A stretch of DNA of 64,000 bases from positions 7,192,001-7,256,000 of the forward strand of contig OZ024755.1 of the NCBI GenBank assembly GCA_964016885.1, in the 5' to 3' direction. A program made the position numbers and the translations under genes. The notes below the pieces were generated by a model that made no database searches, was not told the origin of the DNA, and saw only the letters and a list, made by a program, of their open reading frames with translations. Source of the DNA: Eledone cirrhosa. Taxonomy: Eukaryota. Positions 32,164 to 46,639 of the stretch are shown here, one piece after another (the stretch's first letter is position 1; every line of letters begins with the position of its first letter).

Positions 32164-32903
32164 TAGCATAGTACCCACAAAAATGATTAAATACTTAATT
32201 CAATAATTCATTGATTACAACCTTCTATTGTTTCCTTTACCTCAAATCGCTACGGATGTATATTTACATATTTGTAATGTTACAGGCAAAGTGAATACAT
32301 CTCATTTTTATTAATGCATTTATATATATTTACATAGTGTTTCATTGGTTTGATTCTCCTTAAATAACTAAATTTATATCTTGGTAAGTCTCTTGAAAGT
32401 CAACAGCGCTAGATTCAAATCATAACAATGTTTTATTACACTCTGTGAACCAAGTGTTAAACAGTATTTTATTATTTTTACTAACAACTATACTTTATTA
32501 GTATATTATTCTGTACAGTAGCAAAGACATAAATAGACACACAAGCACACACATACTTGTATAAGTAAATATATACATATATATATAAATACATGTAGAT
32601 GTAGCATAAACTTCTAATACGCCACTTCTATAACCATTCAGATTTTGAAGATGGAACGATGAAGACTTCGAATCGTTAATACCCATATGGTTTTAGGAAC
32701 GCTACTTTTCAAAAATAAGCATAAGGACAAACTATTTTCTGTTTTCTTTCTTTTCTTATTCTCTTCTATCTTCTTATTACTTCTCCCTCCAAAACATTCT
32801 CTTTTCCTTCCGCATCTTTCGATGAAGGACTAACGTCCAAAATATTAAAATTCTTTTCTAACTATACCAAGCATTAAACTAATTTTTATAATCATTGTTG
32901 ACT

Positions 32904-32982
<79 letters not shown>

Positions 32983-32985
<3 letters not shown>

Positions 32986-33160
32986 CAAAGAAAGTCTGGT
33001 AAGGAAGAAGGTGGACCATAACGCACCAGATTACTCGATACTTAGGGTAGTAGATTGGGTAATAGGAAAAGAGTCAGGACCCCGACGGCTGAGCTACGGC
33101 CGTTTCGGATCTAGCTGTCGAAACAACCGGACCTCAGACGTCGGGGTCCTGACTCTTTCC

Positions 33161-33161
<1 letters not shown>
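32983..33161. mobile_element. Family D TA-flanked fold-back element carrying an HHR 3' half
   Basis: Long arm ggaccataacgcacc…ggaaaagagtcaggaccccgacggc…gtttcg, followed by an inverted short arm. Sense strand reads GAAACGGC…GCCGTC-ggggtcc. Confidence 0.65.
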
Positions 33162-33204
<43 letters not shown>

Positions 33205-33353
33205 GTTTCTTCTTTTGGCACAAGGCCATCAATTATCCCAGTGCATTACTGGTACTTTATTTTATCGACCCCCGTAAGGATGAAAGGTAAAGTTTACATT
33301 ATATATATATAATGAAAACAACACCAGAGAACAACACACACATATACAAACAT

Positions 33354-33385
<32 letters not shown>

Positions 33386-34592
33386 ATATATTATATATAA
33401 ATTAATAAAAACAATGAATAAAAACAAAGAAACAGTTCCTTATATTAAAAAATTCATCATTTTACGATCGTTTCTAGGATGCATATGTGTGTGTTGGTAT
33501 GTATATCATATAGATCTATGTAAAAATTTTACAAACTATCAGAGGGAATATACATACCTACACACATATATATATATGCTGTCTTCAGAAATAATATTAT
33601 ATATATATTATATATTATATATATATATTATATATATATATATAATGTTTGTATGTGTGTAAACGTCAACAAAAACGTTCTCGTTCCGGTGTTTTTTTCT
33701 TAATGACATTGATAAACGAGATCTAATCGATATGGCCGATCTGATTGATTCGATAGAAGTGATAGATATGATAGATAATATTGTTATGACAGATATAAGG
33801 CTAATAATAAATACAACTGAAATCTATATCTTATGGCATCAATAATAATTATCGATCTGCCATTGGTAATAAATTATTGAATTTCTAACTAGTAATTCCT
33901 TTAGAAGTTTGCTTTTTGTCTCTTTTGTATCGTATTTCTGATTACTACAATAAAACAACAACAACAACAACAAACACCACAACAACAACCACAACAAACA
34001 CCACCACAATTCTGATAACAATAATAATAACAATGACAACAATAACAACAACAACACCTGCAATACAACTGTAATAACGATAGTAACGCGAACAATAACA
34101 ACAACGACCATAACAACAACAATAACAACTACAGAAGCTACAATAAAACTACAAAAACTACCAAGACTACCACGACCGCCACAACAATAACAACAACAAC
34201 AGCTACTGTAATAAAACAACAATCTCTGCCACCACTACCACCACCACAACAAGAACAGAAGCTTGCGACAACCACCACCACCACAATAACAATAGAAACT
34301 ACCGCCACTACCACCAACACCACAACCCCAACCATATCAACAAGAGAAATTACCACCACAACCACAACAATAATAACAACATAAACTATCACTACAACAA
34401 CAACAAGAAAAAGGCAAACTACAACCTACACCACCACCACCACCACCACCACCACCACCACCACTGTTTCTCAGTCTATCAATTATGTCATGTGTGTCTA
34501 TCTCTCGGTCTATCTATAATGTCTCTTTAGCTGTCTTTCTAGCTATTGTCTATATGTCTTTCTATCTAGCTATTTTTCTATCTCTCATTGAT

Positions 34593-35381
34593 GTCCTATT
34601 ATATATGCTGCCCCCACAAAATACTGGTGCCCTAGTATATGTGATGCCCCTCCCCCAAGACACTGGTGTCCTATTATATATGCTGCCCTCGCCCACAAGA
34701 CACTGGTGCCTTATTATATATGATACCCACCCCACAAGACACTGATGTCCTATTATATGTGATGCCTCACCCACCACAAGATACTTTGTCCTATTATCTA
34801 TGATACCCACCCCACAAGACAATTTGTCCTATTATCTATGATACCCACCCCACAAGACAATTTGTCCTATTATCTATGATACCCACCCCACAAGACACTT
34901 TGTCCTATTATCTATGATACCCACCCCACAAGACAATTTGTCCTATTATCTATGATACCCACCCCACAAGACAATTTGTCCTATTATCTGATACCCAGCC
35001 CACAAGACAATTTGTCCTATTATCTATGATACCCACCCCACAAGACACTTTGTCCTATTATCTATGATACCCACCCCACAAGACACTTTGTCCTATTATC
35101 TATGATACCCACCCCACAAGACAATTTTTCCTATTATCTATGATACCCACCCCACATGACACTTTGTCCTATTATCTATGATACCCACCCCACAAGACAA
35201 TTTGTCCTATTATCTATGATACCCACCCCACAAGACAATTTGTCCTATTATCTATGATACCCACCCCACATGACACTTTGTCCTATTATCTATGATACCC
35301 ACCCCACATGACACTTTGTCCTATTATCTATGATACCCACCCCACAAGACACTTTGTCCTATTATCTATGATATCCCACCC
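34593..35381. repeat. 38-bp minisatellite (gtcctattatctatgatacccaccccacaagacaattt), ~20 copies
   Basis: Period of 38 seen directly (34788 to 34826); left-hand copies are more diverged. Confidence 0.95.
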
Positions 35382-35686
35382 CTCCATCAAGACGTCTGTC
35401 TTGGAATGACTATACATTCAATAGAGTCTGCCAACAGAACCTGACCTATTAACACAATACAACATCAACTTGGACTAGTTTTGTTTTCAACAATTATCAT
35501 CGATCATATATAAAACAATAATAATGATCGATACATTTGAAAGTTGACCTTGACGTTTTATATATTGAGATTGGTGAGTCACAGATCTGACAAGAAGTTT
35601 CCTTTGCTCGCTATTTTTCTTTTTCCATTCTCACTTCTTCCTCTTTGTTACCTCGTATACCCGTACACCCCCCCCCACACACACTG

Positions 35687-35717
<31 letters not shown>

Positions 35718-36799
35718 GACACAATCTCACACACATACTCACACAGACACAATCACACACACACACATACACACACACACATAGACTTAATCGCACACAC
35801 ATACGCACACACATACATATGTATGTATTGTTATATTAGGGAGGGTTCTGCCAGAAGACGTCTATGGTTGCTTTTATTTCTCAATAGTCGATACCACCAA
35901 TATATTAGGGGATCGATTCATTTGACTAAATAATCTCTTTTCATTATTAAGAACATTGGTATGGCGCCAATTGAAAAGAAATACTTATTGATCAGAGACA
36001 ATGTAAAGTTATCTAATTCACCAATATCTTTTTCAGGGAAACTAAACATCAGTTAGAGACGAAGGAATGGTTGTGGAGTAAGGGAATTTTCTTAGCAATC
36101 ACGAAGACCCGGGTTCGATTTCACTATCTGATAACTTAGTTAAGTGTCGTTTAGCATGGCCTCAGATTCAAAGGTCCAGAGTTATGAGCAAATGGGGACC
36201 CACGTGTTAATCGCCCCGCGGCCTCGACGGAAAGAATAGAGGTAAACATCGAAACTTTATGAAAAGGTAAGAAAAAAGAAGCAACTTTTCTTGCCACATC
36301 TATTAAAATCCATTCCTTGCTTGAATTTAACAAAACATTTCAAAATAACCTCTAAATCTTCAACTTCAATGACACAGCGATATTTCCCCTCTCACAGCTA
36401 ATATAAGGTTCGTCTTCTCCATAACTAATCAATCCTGTCTACTTGATTACAACTCCTGGGAATTGTAATCAATAACCTTTCTATCTTTATCCTAAAATAG
36501 GATCTAACGGTTATATTTAACAGTTTTATTTTAACCTCATGCTCCACCCATTCACTTCCTCTTCCATTCTTATTGTCTCCACTTCCTTCCGTTTCTCCTC
36601 TCCGTCTTTTAATTGTTTCCTATGCTCTTTTTTTTTCTTTTTCCATTCTCATTTCTCCTTCTTTGTTATCCCGTATACACACAGACAGACAGACACAAAC
36701 ACACACACATATATATGTGCGTGTATTGTTATATTTGGGGAGGGTTATGTTGTCCTACGATATGACAGATATGAGGCTAATAATAAATACAGTAGAGTG

Positions 36800-37440
36800 A
36801 GAATCGCTTCTCTACTCCTAGGTTTTGTCTACCTGCAGAGCTTGACAGAAACAGAACCCGAGCATTTTAAGTGGTCCGTCTGACGAGCGCCCAAGGAGAC
36901 TGTCGGATGACATGGACTTGCTTCTGCAGGTACCAAGCCGCAGGCCTACCGAATTTTGCTGGTTAACGTTTGCTACCATTACCGACTCGTACTACCTTAA
37001 CCCTTTAGCAATTAAACTGGTCATATCCGGCCAGAATTATCTCTCCTCTTTCTGTTTAAACCAGCCGTAACTGGTCACTGATACTTATGTTAAGGTATTG
37101 TTCTCAAAATAAATAATATCAAAATCTCGTAGATTCGATATTATGTGAGATAATTATGTAAGATAGAGCCTTTACCACAAAAATACAACAGTGTATATAG
37201 AGTAATGTAAATGCAAAAGGGTTAAAGTAGTACCGATCACTTCGATGTTTTTGATGATTGACACCACTATTGTGACATCAGCAATGTATGCCGACATGAA
37301 TCTCCCGCATCCTTGTTCACACAGGATGCCCCTCAGCGCCTCTAACTTGTGCATTAATGGCTCAAGAGAAACGAGAGGGGCCATCACTGACGGACGAGGA
37401 CAAATTATTGACCGGCATCTGGCCAGTCCGACACTGTATA
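36800..37440 (-). pseudogene. Decayed L1/Tx1-type reverse transcriptase fragment, split by a MITE
   Basis: Minus translation gives VRQ*WPLS (VRQGCPLS motif), LEPLMHKL and SAYIADVT (YADD motif). It continues past the MITE as YESVMVANVNQQNSVGLRLG…DGPLKMLG. Contains stops and a frameshift. Confidence 0.75.
37001..37221. mobile_element. piggyBac-like MITE
   Basis: TTAA at both flanks (36997-37000, 37222-37225); TIR ccctttagca/tgcaaaaggg. Second copy at 59475-59685. Confidence 0.8.
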
Positions 37441-37527
37441 TAAATATATTTATTTGTTAAAATAATCAAATTAAATTAATTCAACACAGGAATAATATGA
37501 TTGTTACCAAAGAGCCAGAAGACTGAC

Positions 37528-37947
37528 AAGTCGACCGTAAATATGACTAATAGCTATAGGAAAGCCACGAATGACATCTTTTTAACTTTGATTTTGAAAG
37601 TAGGTTTATAATTATCAATTTTATTTTACTTTTGTAGCTGTCTCGGTGGCCAATTGGAGGATTCATAGACGGTGGTGATCGTGGCCTGAAGTTCGATCCT
37701 GATCGGAGTAGGGTTCCCGGTAAATTTTTTACAATTTCTTTTTCTATGGGGTGTAAAATAAAAACTAGAAAATATTAGATGAACCCAAAGCCCCGATCTC
37801 TACCACCTACCACTAGGCCACAGAGAAAACTACGAAAATCTAATGAAAATTTATACTTATAAACCTACTTTCAAAATTTTCAAAACAAAATGATGTGGCG
37901 TCGTTCATGTCGTTCTTAATGTTATTGCTTCTACTTAAGGTCGACTT
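37528..37947. mobile_element. Old fold-back/MITE with long degenerate inverted arms
   Basis: aagtcgacc…ggtcgactt ends; attttgaaagtaggtttataa mirrors ttataaacctactttcaaaat. Confidence 0.55.
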
Positions 37948-38137
37948 CTAAATCATTTGGGTGTTCCATAAACTACATCCTCGTTTTGTTTGTCATCTAT
38001 CTAGACTATATTTTAACCTGTAATCCATGTTTCATTCCCTTTGGCACCTCATTTCTACCCCCTCTCTCTTTCTCTCTGGGCAACATGGCAACATGGCCAC
38101 TGTAAATAAATAAATATATATATATATATATATATAT

Positions 38138-38318
38138 AACAAATAAGGTGTGGTAAGATACCAGGTGGACCATAACGCACCAGAGTACTCAACACTTAGA
38201 GTAGCAGAGTGGGAAATATGAAAAGAGTCAGGACCCCGACGGCTGAGCTCCGGCCGCTTCGACAGCTAGATCCAAACTGTCGAAACGGCCAGAGCTCAGC
38301 CGTCGGTGTCCTGACTCT

Positions 38319-38322
<4 letters not shown>
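38138..38322. mobile_element. Family D fold-back element
   Basis: Same long arm and inverted short arm as 32983-33161; TA flanks. Confidence 0.7.
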
Positions 38323-38357
<35 letters not shown>

Positions 38358-38788
38358 AGTATATGATCATGAGCATTTGTATTTAAGATTCAATATATAA
38401 GCTTGAGTTTATGTATATGTGTACATATCGCTTCTAGATCCAGGGTATATATATATATGTAAATATTTGTGTGTATGAGTGTATCTGCATCTATATTTAA
38501 GATCAAATGCATGTATATGCAAGCGTGTGTGTTTGTGTGCGTATGTCTCTATATTTGAGATCTAATGTATGTATATGCAAGTATATGTGTGTATTTGTGT
38601 GTATGTGTCTATCTGTGTACTTAACACCCAATGTATGTATATGCCAGTGAATGTGTGCGCATGTGCGCGTGTGTATGTACGTATGTGTGTGTCTACGTGT
38701 CTTCTTGTGTACGTAAGACTCAATGTATGTATATGCAAGTGTATGTGCCTGTGTGTATATGCATGTGTGTATATGCGTGTGTGTATGT

Positions 38789-38857
<69 letters not shown>

Positions 38858-39699
38858 TACCTGTGTAATTAAGACCTAATGCGTGTGTATCACCATTGTT
38901 GATTACTAAACTATGTAAATACTAAAAATCCTTAATACCTTTCACGAGATTAATCTTACAAACTCGTCTCCATAACTACCACCACCAGTCTCATCCCCAT
39001 CATTACCGCCACCATCGCCACCATCGCCACCACCACCACCACCACCACCAGCACCACAATCAACACCACCACCGCCGCTGCCACCGTCACCACTACCACC
39101 ACCGCCGCTACCGCCACCACGGAAATCATAACTCTAATTATTACTTGCAACAACAGTAGCAGAAACAACAACAACAACAACACGATAACAACACTATCAA
39201 CACCGTCACAACAACAACAACAACAACAACAATATAAACAGCAAAAAACAAAAAAAAAAAAGCAGGGAGAAACTTATGAGCATCATCGCAAACATCTCTC
39301 TTCCTCAACACCGCCACCGCCACCGCCACCATCATTAACAACAGGTCCAGTAGCAACGCTAGCAACACCACCGCCGCCGCCGTCATCATCAGCAACACTA
39401 TAAACACTACCATCGCCACCAACAACACTAACTTTACGGCCATGACTACCACTAATAAAAACACCACCATCATCAGCACCACAAACATCAACACCATGAA
39501 CAACAGCTCCATCAAACAACAACTTCGCGATATGCACCACAAATACCATCAACACTATCTCTACCATTATTTTGCTGTGTATTTATTCTAAATGTTTGTG
39601 TAAGAAGGGCGCCCTCAAACTTGAAGTCACCCGGGCCCCACAAGGTTTAAATCTAACCCTGCTCAGAGTGCAGAGAATCGGAACAGATATCGCGAAGTA

Positions 39700-39859
39700 C
39701 CGTATTTCCCGGCGCCGAGGACGCACCCTAATTTTGACAACCAAATATTTGAAAACAAAAAAAAATAACAATAAACAACCTTCGGCGTCCAGGACGCATG
39801 GTAGATTTTTGGGACTTATTTTAGGTAAAAAGTAGCGTCTTCGACGCCGGGAAATACGG
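39700..39859. mobile_element. Tc1/mariner (pogo/Tc2-like) MITE, 160 bp
   Basis: TIR ccgtatttcccggcg(c)cgaggacgc / gcgtcttcgacgccgggaaatacgg; TA TSD on both sides. Confidence 0.9.
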
Positions 39860-40170
39860 TAATACAGACGACGTTCTAATGACACCACCAATTCGTCGCA
39901 GCATTTTTCTTTTTGGGGAAGTTGTTTATCCTGACACATCATGTAAAGTCAAATCCAGCAAGCGGTGCCATATATATATATATTTATAGAACTATTGATA
40001 TTGAAACAGATAAATAAATAGAAGAATCGAATCGAAGATAAACTAAAACCACACCTTTTGACGAGATTCTGCAGTTCGATATCTATCTATCTATCAATTT
40101 ATCTATCTATGTATCTACCTATCTATCCATCCATCCATATATCTAGCTATCTATATCTCTCTATGTCAGC

Positions 40171-40218
<48 letters not shown>

Positions 40219-40816
40219 CTCTATTGTATGTAAACTTCCCCCTTTGTATTTGTCCCCTTCTTTTGTGCCCCTGTGGCTAATAAAGAAACATATCTATCTA
40301 TCTATATCTACATGCTTGTCTCACCAATCCAGTCTATATCTACGTGTCTTTATCTATTTAATTATCTATCGTTATCAATCTAACTCCCCCTTCTCTCTCT
40401 CTCCACGCCCCCATTCTCACTTTCCCATCTCCCCCCTCTCTTCCCCCACATTTCCACCTTTCTCTCCCCCTCAGTATTTTTCTAATTCTATTTGTAGTGT
40501 TCCCTTTTTTTACATGAATTTATTTTTTAATCAGAAATTATAATTCAACTTTATCATTACATCTTTAATTTCCACAATAATAAAGGTGAAGATAATTATG
40601 TTAATTATGTTTTAGGTACAACTGCTGCTGCTGATAATGATAATGAATTTTAGGAACAAGTAGGGGAAGGTTGATTACGTGGGTTCCAGTATGTAACTGG
40701 AATTTCATTTTATTGACCCTGGAGGGATAATAGATAGTTGACCACGGTGGGATTTGAACTCCGAATATAAAGAACCGGATCAAATACTGCAATTTATTTT
40801 GTCCGACGCTCGAAAA

Positions 40817-41112
40817 CAGTCATGGGCAAACTATGGCACGCGAGCCAAATGCGGCCCATTTGGCTTTCTGAATGGTACACCTAATTTCCTATGCGGCCCG
40901 CTTTATGGTGAGTCACATTCTATGCGACCTGCCTTGTGGCGAACCACATCCTATGTGGCCCACTTTATGATGCGCTACATCCTATGCGGCCCACCTTATG
41001 ATGCGCATCATCCTATGCGGCCCGCCATATGATGAGCCACATCCTATGCGGCCTGCCTTATGGTGATCCACATTTTATGCGGCCAATACTCGAAAAAGTT
41101 TGCCCATGCCTG
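40817..41112. mobile_element. hAT (Charlie-like) MITE with internal ~30-bp repeats
   Basis: TIR cagtcatgggcaaact / agtttgcccatgcctg; 8-bp TSD ctcgaaaa/ctctaaaa; repeated catcctatgcggcc. Decayed relative at ~26620-26750. Confidence 0.85.
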
Positions 41113-41384
41113 CTCTAAAATATAATTGTTTCTACTTTTGGCACAAGGCCAGCAATTGTCCCAGTGTATTACTGGTACTTTATTTTATCGACCCCATAAG
41201 GATGAAAGGTAAAGTTAATCTCGGCGGGATTTTAAAATATAATAATGGTTTCTAAATTAGACACAAGACCAGTAATTCCGAGGAAGAGGGGTCGATTATA
41301 TCCTATATTTCGTAGCAGTGTGGACAGAAGCAACGTGACACTACCTTTATCAGGATACTTGTTAGTCGTACATTATTAGGACTA

Positions 41385-41566
41385 TGGATTGGCAGTATCG
41401 GTAGAGGGTCGGACGCCATGCTTTCCAGCATAGTTACGTCCCTTTACGGACTGAGTTCAAATCCCGCCGAGGTTAACTTTGCCTTTCATCCTTACGGAGT
41501 CGATAAAATAAAGTACCAGTAATGTACTGGGTAATTGCTGGCCTTGTGCCAATAGTAGAAACAATT
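41385..41566 (+). mobile_element. tRNA-derived SINE
   Basis: TGGCAGTATCGG…GAGTTCAAATCCCGCCGAGG…GTACCAG. Confidence 0.85.
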
Positions 41567-42281
41567 ATTAGGACAATATTGTAGCGATTGAGGAATGCTG
41601 AAGAGAAAAGTTGGTTTTAACTCTGAACAACAAAGAGAAATATAAAGACCCCCTGGGGACGGGTGGAGTGTAGTGGGGTGGGTGTACATAAAACATTGGA
41701 CATCTCTCGTATGCTGTTCTAGCACCTAAACTATTTATCCAACAATCATCTATAGTTATCAAATATTTTCTTTCTTTCTTTCTTTTCTTCTTTCCTTCCT
41801 TCTTTCCTTTTCTCTTTCTTTGGTTCGTTGTTTCTTTGTCTTTCTTTCTATACGATGTTCTCCCACCCGTTTTCTAAATTATAGTCTCCTAACAAAGTAA
41901 TCCTCCCCCAGCTCCACGCCCCACTGCCCCTCCCCAATCGCATCTACATTCTGGAAGGTTCAAACTCACATAATACATTAATTAAAGGGAGTAGCAATCA
42001 CGTGATTGTTGCCGTTGGTAGTAGTCGTAGTGGTTGTGGTGTTAGTACTAGTAGTAGAAGTAGTGTTAGTAGTAGTCGTAGTAGTAGTAGTAATAGTAGT
42101 AGTAGTAGTGGTTGTGGTGTTAGTAGTAGTATCGGTTATGGTGGTGGTAGTACTAGTAGTGGTTGTGGTGTTAGTAGTAGTAGCGGTTATGGTGGTAGTA
42201 GTAGTAGTGGTTGAAGTAGTAATAGTAGTAGTAGTAATGGTAGTAGATGTTATTGGTAGGAGTGAGTATTTGAGCTAGTGA

Positions 42282-42317
<36 letters not shown>

Positions 42318-42396
42318 CAGTGGTTATAGTGACGCGTCTGGTTGTGATGGTAATGATGGTGGTGGTGGTTAAATTGACGGCATATATATACAGATA

Positions 42397-42643
42397 ACGG
42401 AGGAGTTGTGGTAAGGAACCAGATGGACCATAATGCACCAGAGTATTCAATACTTATGGTAGTAGAGTGGGTAATAGGAAAAAGTATGACCCCGACGGCA
42501 GAGCTCAAGCCGTTTCGACGGCTATTTCTGGACTAAATTAGAATTTTTAGCCTGGTTGATTTTACCAGGCTAAAAATTCAAATTTAGTTCAGAAATAGCC
42601 GTCTAAACAGCTTGAGGTCTGCCGTCGGGGTCATACTTTTTCC

Positions 42644-42644
<1 letters not shown>
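42397..42644. mobile_element. Family D fold-back element (longest arms)
   Basis: taggaaaaagtatgaccccgacggc…tttagcctggt mirrored by accaggctaaaaatt…gccgtcggggtcatactttttccta. Confidence 0.7.
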
Positions 42645-42676
<32 letters not shown>

Positions 42677-43960
42677 CGACGACACTCGTTTTCCCCAAAA
42701 AATCCGCTGCCACGATTGTGCATCGGAGAGGAACTTTCCATGTACAAACTGTGGCCAGTCATGACAGAGGAATGCCGTTCTTCCTCTTGTCTTGGTAGTA
42801 GGTTATGTTCCAGGCACAAGCTTGATAATAAGAAAGTTAGTGATAAATACAAGTGGTGTATATATAAAAACCATTAATCTGGATACCTAAATTTGGAATG
42901 TTACGCGATGCCCCCCCCCCCCCCCACACACACAGCCCCGGCGGACAGGATGGAGAAGCCGTTCCCAAGGAGGACGGCAATGGAGACAGACGCGCTGGAA
43001 AAGCCACTCCAACTCTCGGGGTTCACACCTGCGGCTGGCCAGCTCAGCGCCTATGGTGGTGAGTAGGGAGATATTAGTAAACTCTTCTAAATTTTTAAAT
43101 ATTTTCAAAATTATTCGAAAACTATAGGAAGAGTCTTTGGATAGAAATATGTTAATGAAAAGGTTAAATGAATTGATGAAGAAATAACTAGGGCCATAAG
43201 AGTTTGGTTGTTGTTGTTGTTGTTGTTGTTGTGTCTAAAGAATATTTAATGTCATGACATGGGAGAATATTCCTGGGTAGAATATTTCTTCATATGCTCT
43301 TTAATTACCACCATCCCTTTCACATACATAGACAGACAGACACGCACATACACACAGACATACATACGCATACACACACAAAGACATACACACAGACAGA
43401 CAGACAGACAGATACACACACAGACACAGACACACACACAGACAGACTGATACACATACACACACACGCATACTCATACTCATATACAAGGGCCACTCAT
43501 GCACAATCACATAAAACAACGCATTCATACACACATACACACGTAATTTGACACACACAGACTATAGCATAAAACAACACATACATACACACACACGTAT
43601 AACATCAGACACACACACTTATAAAATCACACACACACACACACACACACAATAACTGTTGGTGACTCAATGTGTGTTATTTAGAGTTTTCAAGACGGTT
43701 ACGGCTTTTTAATTAGAAATTTGATTTTGCTTTAATTACGGTTATCGTTTCATCAGGATGGCTGAGTGCTCCGGGGCGGAAACTTTCAAGTAAAGGTAAT
43801 GAAAATGAAATTATTATAAAAAAAAAAAATTGACGAATCCTCCGTCACTTTCAACGATGAGCATTCAATCGTTAGATTAACTGAACGTTGCCCAGTTTAA
43901 AACCATCACATAACTCTTGGAGGATTTTAAGGGAGTCCACGTTATTGGCTATTGTATACA

Positions 43961-44420
43961 TTACCTCCAGACTTGTCACCAGTTATGAAGTCCCTAAAAA
44001 GACCTAGTTTTAGGCTACCTTACCTCCAGACTTGTCACCAGTTTTGAAGTCCCCCCAAAAGCCCATGGTTTCAGGCTACCTTACCTCCAGACTTGCCATC
44101 AGTCTTAAAGTTCCCAAAAAGGCCTCTCGTTTGAGGCTACCTTACCTCCTGACACGCCACCAGTCTTGAAGTCCCTAAAAAGGCCTCTGGTTTCAATTTA
44201 CCTTACATCAAGACTTGCTACCAGACTCGAACTCCCTAAAAAGGCCTCTGGTTTCAGGCTGCCTTACATCCTGACATGCCACCAGTCTTGAAGTCTCTAA
44301 AAATGCCTCTCGTTTGAGGCTATATTACCTCCTGACACGCCACCAGTCTCGAACTCCCTAAAAAGGCCTCTGGTTTCAGGCTACCTTACCCCAGACTTGC
44401 TACCATCTCGAAGTCCCTGA
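43961..44420. repeat. ~60-bp minisatellite, ~8 copies
   Basis: Repeating ccttacctccagacttgccaccagtcttgaagtccctaaaaaggcctctggtttcaggcta. Confidence 0.9.
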
Positions 44421-45071
44421 AAAATGTCCTTGACTCTGCTCTTCTTTCCATGACTCAACAATATAATGGTTAAGTATTCTACAGACATGTACACATTAAC
44501 ATAATTCCCAGACCGAATTCAGGCTGGGCATTTGAATTACAGGTACACCTCATCTTGTATGTGTGCAGACACATATAGGCATTATTCCACAGACACGTGT
44601 AGGCAATAATCTTATTTCCAAGCCGAATGAGCACGACACAATATGGGACAAAGCTGGACCTTTAAATTACAGGTATAATACATTATATATTATAGTACAC
44701 CTAGTTAGGGCGGTGTATTGGCAGAATCAGTAGAATATCGGACAACATGCTTTGCAGCATAGAGTTATGTCCCTTTACGTTCTAAGTTCAAATCCCGCCG
44801 AGGTTGACTTTATCTTTCATCCTTTGGGAGTCGATAAAATAAAGTACCTGTAACGCAATGGGGTCGATTTAATTGATGCATATACATCTGAACTGAAGCA
44901 AGCAATATAACACAGTTTTATATTCAAAATCGACTATACTTAATCGATATATCTTCCCCCATTTGTCTTCCCGAAAATATCAGACTCAGAACTATATGTA
45001 ATTCACTTACTTATACACCTTCCATACATATTAAAACAAACATGTGGCAATTCACACATATTCAGCAATAT

Positions 45072-45135
<64 letters not shown>

Positions 45136-46122
45136 CTTGTCACCCCCATAGCTTCACATTCAATATTTCATCTTCAGAATCGCAACCATATTGACCTCAT
45201 ATACCGATAGATCTTCCTTGCAGACTAGAAGCAAAATATGCAATATAACTAATTTTTATATTCAAAATGGCTGTGAGTATGTTGTATAAGATTTGTGACC
45301 AAACACTCTCAGTTTACCAGTCTCTCACCATCATCTCATTTCTAAAGCTTCACACTAAAAATTTTCTTCTCAGATTTGGAATTACATGGAATCTACATAC
45401 TTATACGTCTTCCTTAAAGGCACTAACCAACATATCGAATATAAGAAATTTATATTCAAAATGGCCGACCAACAACTTTTAATTTATCTGTCTCCCGCCA
45501 TCTTGTCATCCCTAAAGCTTCACTATATAGAAGTCAGATACCTGTACGTCTTCCCAACAGAACAGACTACAACCAGTATATGTAATATAATACATATTCA
45601 AAATGGCCGAGCATTTAATGTGTACGTCTCTCTTCATCTCGTCAACCCTAAAGCTTCACTTCCAATCTTTTCTTGTTGGATTTAGAACTTTATGGAACTT
45701 ACATACCCACAGGTCTTTGCTGCACACTCAATCACACATATGCATTATAACACAATCATGTTTAAAATGGCTGTAAATGAAAACAAAGAAAAATACTCTA
45801 GATTCTCAACATAGGTATTGGTAAACTAATCATAACATTTTCTGATATTCTAGTGTATAAATTAGGTATCAGTATGTGGTGTTATTTATTTTGTTGTCTT
45901 TTCGTGGAAAAATGGGAAAGAACCATTTTAACTCTTTTCTTTTTTCAGCGAAGGAAGTTAATTGAATAGGAAGTTTTGAGAATATTTCGTTACTGGAAGC
46001 CATTATATTAAGTTTCACAGAATGGCAGAAGGTGTTAAAAAGAGTTGTCTTAAATGCTACCATTTTTCCGGATTCATATTTTTTGTTTTAGTGTGAGTTG
46101 AGGTGTGGTGTGGTGCGATGCA

Positions 46123-46200
<78 letters not shown>

Positions 46201-46332
46201 GAAAAGAAATTGAAAATGCAACTGGAGTCTTTTAAGAATATTTATTTATTTACTTTACCGGTTTCACAGCTCTTATGCTTTTCAGATATAAAATTGAGAT
46301 GGAGGGTTTGTGCTTCTGTTGTGGTTTGTCTC

Positions 46333-46372
<40 letters not shown>

Positions 46373-46569
46373 GACGTATATAGCCATAATATTCATATTA
46401 GGACAATGGGATTGATGAGTTAATATCTGTATACAACAACTACAACGGTACGCGACGGGGTCGACCCACAGTCCCGGCGGACAGAATGGAGAAGGCGTTT
46501 CCCTTGAGGACGGCAAGGGTACGCGCTGGAAAAGCCACTCCAACTCACAGGGCTCACACCTGCGGCTGG

Positions 46570-46626
<57 letters not shown>

Positions 46627-46639
46627 TAGACAGAGAGCG

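Noticed and set aside
34593-35381. CRISPR-like regular 38-bp repeats
   Set aside because: No unique spacers and a eukaryotic context; it is a minisatellite.
36875-36920. CTGACGAG resembling a hammerhead core
   Set aside because: No GAAA or stem III in register; the sequence is the antisense of the RT relic.
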